Of a stretch of 47,659 nucleotides of DNA, positions 44,534 to 47,659 are shown in pieces. Every line of letters starts with the position of its first letter. Positions within the stretch are counted from its first letter, which is position 1. Origin of the DNA: Clostridia bacterium (GTDB taxonomy: Bacteria; Bacillota; Clostridia; Peptostreptococcales; Caminicellaceae); NCBI GenBank assembly GCA_028278115.1, contig JANQEZ010000008.1, positions 1-47,659 of the forward strand, written 5' to 3'. The translations under genes were made by a program, and so were the position numbers. Below the pieces are notes generated by a model that saw nothing but the letters and a program-made list of their open reading frames with translations, had not been told where the DNA came from and did not search any database.

Positions 44534-45898
44534 TTAATTCTCTTCAATATTAATGAATTTAGGAGCAGACATTGGAACAGAAAGATTTACTCCATTAAAC
44601 TCAGGGACTTTATTACCCTCAACCTCTATGGCAACCATTGAAACATCTGGGATACTGGTAAAGGTATATAAGATACTCTCAAGCATCATATCCTTCATAT
44701 CAATTCTCTGACTATATACACTTAGGAAATCTTTGCTTAGATTTAGCGTTAATATACCTTTATCATATTTATGATTTAAGAGATTTACACTCTCAGGAAC
44801 AGTTGAAGTTAAGCTTTCGTGCACATTACCGTTGATGGTTGAGTTCTTTAATGATTCAAAAAGAATTGGGACCAGACTGTCTACGGACATATCGTTTTTT
44901 AAAATATCTATTGGAGCAAGTAAAAATCTCTCAGCACTAGTTTCAAGACCTAGATATACTTTAGGAGAATTGTTTCTTTTAAAGGGCTGCGTTACATCTA
45001 TTCCGTGAAATAAGGTTTCCACTTCTCTTCCTTCACTTAAGAATTTTACACTATTTATTACATCTAAGGATGTTAATGTGTTTACAAAGGAATTTACTGC
45101 AAATAGGCTGACAGAAGAGCCTTGTTCGTATTCACCAAGATTCCTTGGAAGATGTAAAGAGGCTAAACCTTGACTAACCCAAATCCTTGGTGCATTTGGA
45201 ACGGGTGAAGCTTCCATTAAAGCCATAGAAGGCTTTGGACCAAGCTCAAGATTATCTAAAACGAATCTTATAGAATAATCATCAGATTTTATCTTACGTG
45301 AAACAGGTACTAAGTATTGAAAATCTTCATCAATAAAATATAAAGTTAAATACAAATACCCATCATCAACTATATCCTCGGAAGATACATATTTTGAATT
45401 GCTTAAATAACTTACGGTGAGTTCATAGGGTTCAATATCTTTAAAAATATCGGCTGTAGAATAGATTGAAAATTTATATGGACCACCGTATAATTTTAAA
45501 TTTTCCTGGGAAATATCAAAGGAGTAGCTTTGCATATTTTCAGCACTATGGGTATCAATGACACCGGTTACAAAATCCGTATTAACATAGCTTTTTATCA
45601 AATTTCCATCACTAAAAACTTCTAAAACCATATCATGACTATTGCTTAAAGAAAAAGTCCCTTTATCAAAGTCTCCAATCATGGTAAACTCTATATTAGT
45701 TGGATTATAAAGAAGAGTATCACTGACACTTGCCTCATAGCTGCTGATTATGGTCTCTATTTCAGTAGATGTTTGACGTGGTAAAAGGTTTTCAAAGAAA
45801 TTCTTAGAAAAATCTACATAAGATGAATTCAGCGGAATAAAAGAAGCTAAAGAACAGATAATAGCAATTAAAATTAGATTGAATATAGTTTTAGGCAC
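44534..45898 (-). CDS. GerMN domain-containing sporulation/germination protein
   Basis: N-terminal membrane anchor and GerMN-like segments (YLYLTLYFIDEDFQYLVPVSR; the second is near ILTLNLSKDF). GTG 45898 preferred (GGGAG RBS). The track start 45991 is the upstream alternative. Confidence 0.7.
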   Translation of the reverse strand: MPKTIFNLILIAIICSLASFIPLNSSYVDFSKNFFENLLPRQTSTEIETIISSYEASVSDTLLYNPTNIEFTMIGDFDKGTFSLSNSHDMVLEVFSDGNLIKSYVNTDFVTGVIDTHSAENMQSYSFDISQENLKLYGGPYKFSIYSTADIFKDIEPYELTVSYLSNSKYVSSEDIVDDGYLYLTLYFIDEDFQYLVPVSRKIKSDDYSIRFVLDNLELGPKPSMALMEASPVPNAPRIWVSQGLASLHLPRNLGEYEQGSSVSLFAVNSFVNTLTSLDVINSVKFLSEGREVETLFHGIDVTQPFKRNNSPKVYLGLETSAERFLLAPIDILKNDMSVDSLVPILFESLKNSTINGNVHESLTSTVPESVNLLNHKYDKGILTLNLSKDFLSVYSQRIDMKDMMLESILYTFTSIPDVSMVAIEVEGNKVPEFNGVNLSVPMSAPKFINIEEN

Positions 45899-46119
45899 AA
45901 TATCACACTCCCGGAACAAGCTTATAGATATATTATAAAACATTTTTAAAAAGTTTTCTATTTTAAAACGAATTATTAATAGAAAATTCATAATTGAGGA
46001 AAATTTGATAATTGCAGCTTGGAAAAATTACACAATGTACATATTATTGATCTAAGAGTTTTAATGTGGTAATTATGGAATTTGTTCAATTAATATACAT
46101 ACTTTTAGGAGGACAATAA

Positions 46120-47493
46120 ATGGTTAATATACCCGTTGAAGAAGGAAATAGATATAAATTAACTATTGAAGATATAGGAGATAGCGGAGAAGGGATAGGA
46201 AGAATTGAGGGATTTACCATATTTATTAACGATGGAATACCTGAAGATAAAGTCCTAATAGAAATTACTAAAGTAAAGAAAAATTATGCAATGGGAAAAA
46301 TAATAGAAATAATTGAAAAATCACCCTTTAGAATTGACCCTGTTTGTGCAGTATTCCATGAATGTGGAGGATGTCAAATTCAAAACATTGATTATGAAAA
46401 GCAACTTCTTCTAAAGAAAAATAAAGTTAAGTCAAGCATTGAAAGGATAGGTAAGCTGGAAGGTGTCTTAGTACATGATACCTTAGGCATGGAAATTCCA
46501 TTTGCATATAGGAATAAAGCTCAGTTTCCAATAGGGAAAGAAAATGGTAATACATTAATAGGTTTTTATGAAAAAGGAACACATAAAATAGTAGATATTA
46601 ACGGATGTAAAATACAGCATGAGATTAATAGTAAGATATTAGATGTTTTAAAGGCTTTTATAGATACACATAATATATCAACCTATAATGAAAAAACCGG
46701 TAAAGGTCTTTTAAGACACGTACTTACAAGAATTTCCTATGCTTCCAAGGATATAATGGTTGTAATTATAACCAATGGCAAAAGCCTACCATTTAAAGAT
46801 GAGCTAATACAAAAGCTTACAAAAGAAATTCCCGAGATAAAGAGCATAGTTCAAAATATAAATACTAAAAAAACAAATGTAATACTTGGACGTGAGTGCA
46901 GAACAATGTATGGACAAGATAAAATATTAGATTACATAGGAGATTTAAAATTTGAGATTTCCCCGCTGTCCTTCTTCCAAGTAAATCCATTCCAAACTAG
47001 GGTTTTATACGATAAAGCCTTAGAATATGCAAAACTAGAAGGAAATGAAACCGTATTTGATATATACTGCGGAATAGGAACAATATCACTCTTCCTTGCC
47101 CAAAAGGCAAAGAAGGTATACGGCATAGAAATAATAGATGCAGCAATAAAGGATGCCAGAAGAAATGCAAAACTAAACAATTTAAGCAATACAGAATTCT
47201 TTGTTGGCAAGGCGGAAGAAGTCGTTCCTAAGCTATACAAAGAAGGCTTAAGGGCAGATGTGGTTATAGTAGACCCTCCTAGAAAGGGCTGCGATAGAGA
47301 AGTACTTAACACCATAGCTAGTATGAATCCTAAGAGAATAGTTTATGTTTCATGTAAGCCCAGTACTATGGCGAGGGATTTAAAGATACTTGATGAGCTG
47401 GGGTATAGGACTGTAGAGGTTCAGCCTGTGGATATGTTTCCCCATACAGCTCACGTCGAGACAGTGACAGTGCTCTATCGTCAAGACTCTTAA
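46120..47493 (+). CDS. rlmD: 23S rRNA (uracil-5-)-methyltransferase RlmD/RumA family
   Basis: N-terminal TRAM domain, the Fe-S motif CGGCQ, the SAM motif DIYCGIGT, and the catalytic DPPRKG and SCKPST motifs. Confidence 0.92.
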   Translation: MVNIPVEEGNRYKLTIEDIGDSGEGIGRIEGFTIFINDGIPEDKVLIEITKVKKNYAMGKIIEIIEKSPFRIDPVCAVFHECGGCQIQNIDYEKQLLLKKNKVKSSIERIGKLEGVLVHDTLGMEIPFAYRNKAQFPIGKENGNTLIGFYEKGTHKIVDINGCKIQHEINSKILDVLKAFIDTHNISTYNEKTGKGLLRHVLTRISYASKDIMVVIITNGKSLPFKDELIQKLTKEIPEIKSIVQNINTKKTNVILGRECRTMYGQDKILDYIGDLKFEISPLSFFQVNPFQTRVLYDKALEYAKLEGNETVFDIYCGIGTISLFLAQKAKKVYGIEIIDAAIKDARRNAKLNNLSNTEFFVGKAEEVVPKLYKEGLRADVVIVDPPRKGCDREVLNTIASMNPKRIVYVSCKPSTMARDLKILDELGYRTVEVQPVDMFPHTAHVETVTVLYRQDS

Positions 47494-47659
47494 TAATCAA
47501 GGAATTTACACACTTCTGCGATTATTCTACCTTTAGTACTGACATAGCAAATTTCAGAAATAAGAACTTTAATAGAGAAGTTACGGTGCGTATTGCTATC
47601 AAAATAGGTACTGAGTAGATATGTTCAGTCAGTACTGAACTAAGGTAGGGCGTGAGTGG

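Noticed and set aside
47586-47659. GTGCG at 47586 as the 5' end of a group II intron
   Set aside because: Only a 5-nt match is available, the downstream sequence shows no recognisable domain I features, and the window ends after about 70 nt. The evidence is insufficient.

Overview
This is a low-GC Firmicutes chromosomal window, Clostridia-like and from a spore-former (GerMN, WhiA and DUF1540 are present). It holds about 45 genes, nearly all on the + strand.

Gene blocks:
1. 0.25-6.3 kb: an [FeFe]-hydrogenase maturation operon. Order is TM1266-like regulator, hydG, hydE, an aspartate ammonia-lyase homolog, then hydF. No hydA structural gene is in the window.
2. 6.5-12.4 kb: a miscellaneous accessory block with VanW, two GNATs, a SAM methyltransferase, a uridine-kinase-like P-loop protein, a GT-A-like unknown, a metallophosphoesterase and a small membrane protein.
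3. 12.5-26.2 kb: a coherent tungsten/molybdenum cofactor regulon. It contains mog, a Moco-class riboswitch, tupABC, two moeA genes (one fused to a binding-protein-like domain), moaA, moaC, a MOSC protein, a sigma-54 activator, a -24/-12 promoter, tungsten-type aldehyde:ferredoxin oxidoreductase and moaD.
4. 26.2-47.5 kb: housekeeping genes. These are an orphan solute-binding protein, murB, a PHP protein, rapZ, yvcK, whiA, hpr, an HD-GYP protein, dnaE, a pgpA-like gene, pfkA, pyk, a thioesterase, GerMN and rlmD. The conserved yvcK-whiA junction is interrupted by an insertion carrying a NUDIX gene and two DUF1540 genes.

I see no rRNA, tRNA, CRISPR array, transposase or integrase, and no recognisable defence system.

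The unusual content is non-coding. Intergenic spacers are densely colonised by at least four related repeat families (A, B, C and D below) and by phased 6- or 7-nt tandem arrays. None has a coding partner in the window. Some copies sit inside the hyd operon, and some supply stop codons to upstream genes.

The most unusual coding feature is a DUF3343-like cysteine domain fused to the N-terminus of HydE. All family assignments are from motif recognition by eye and need HMM or BLAST confirmation.
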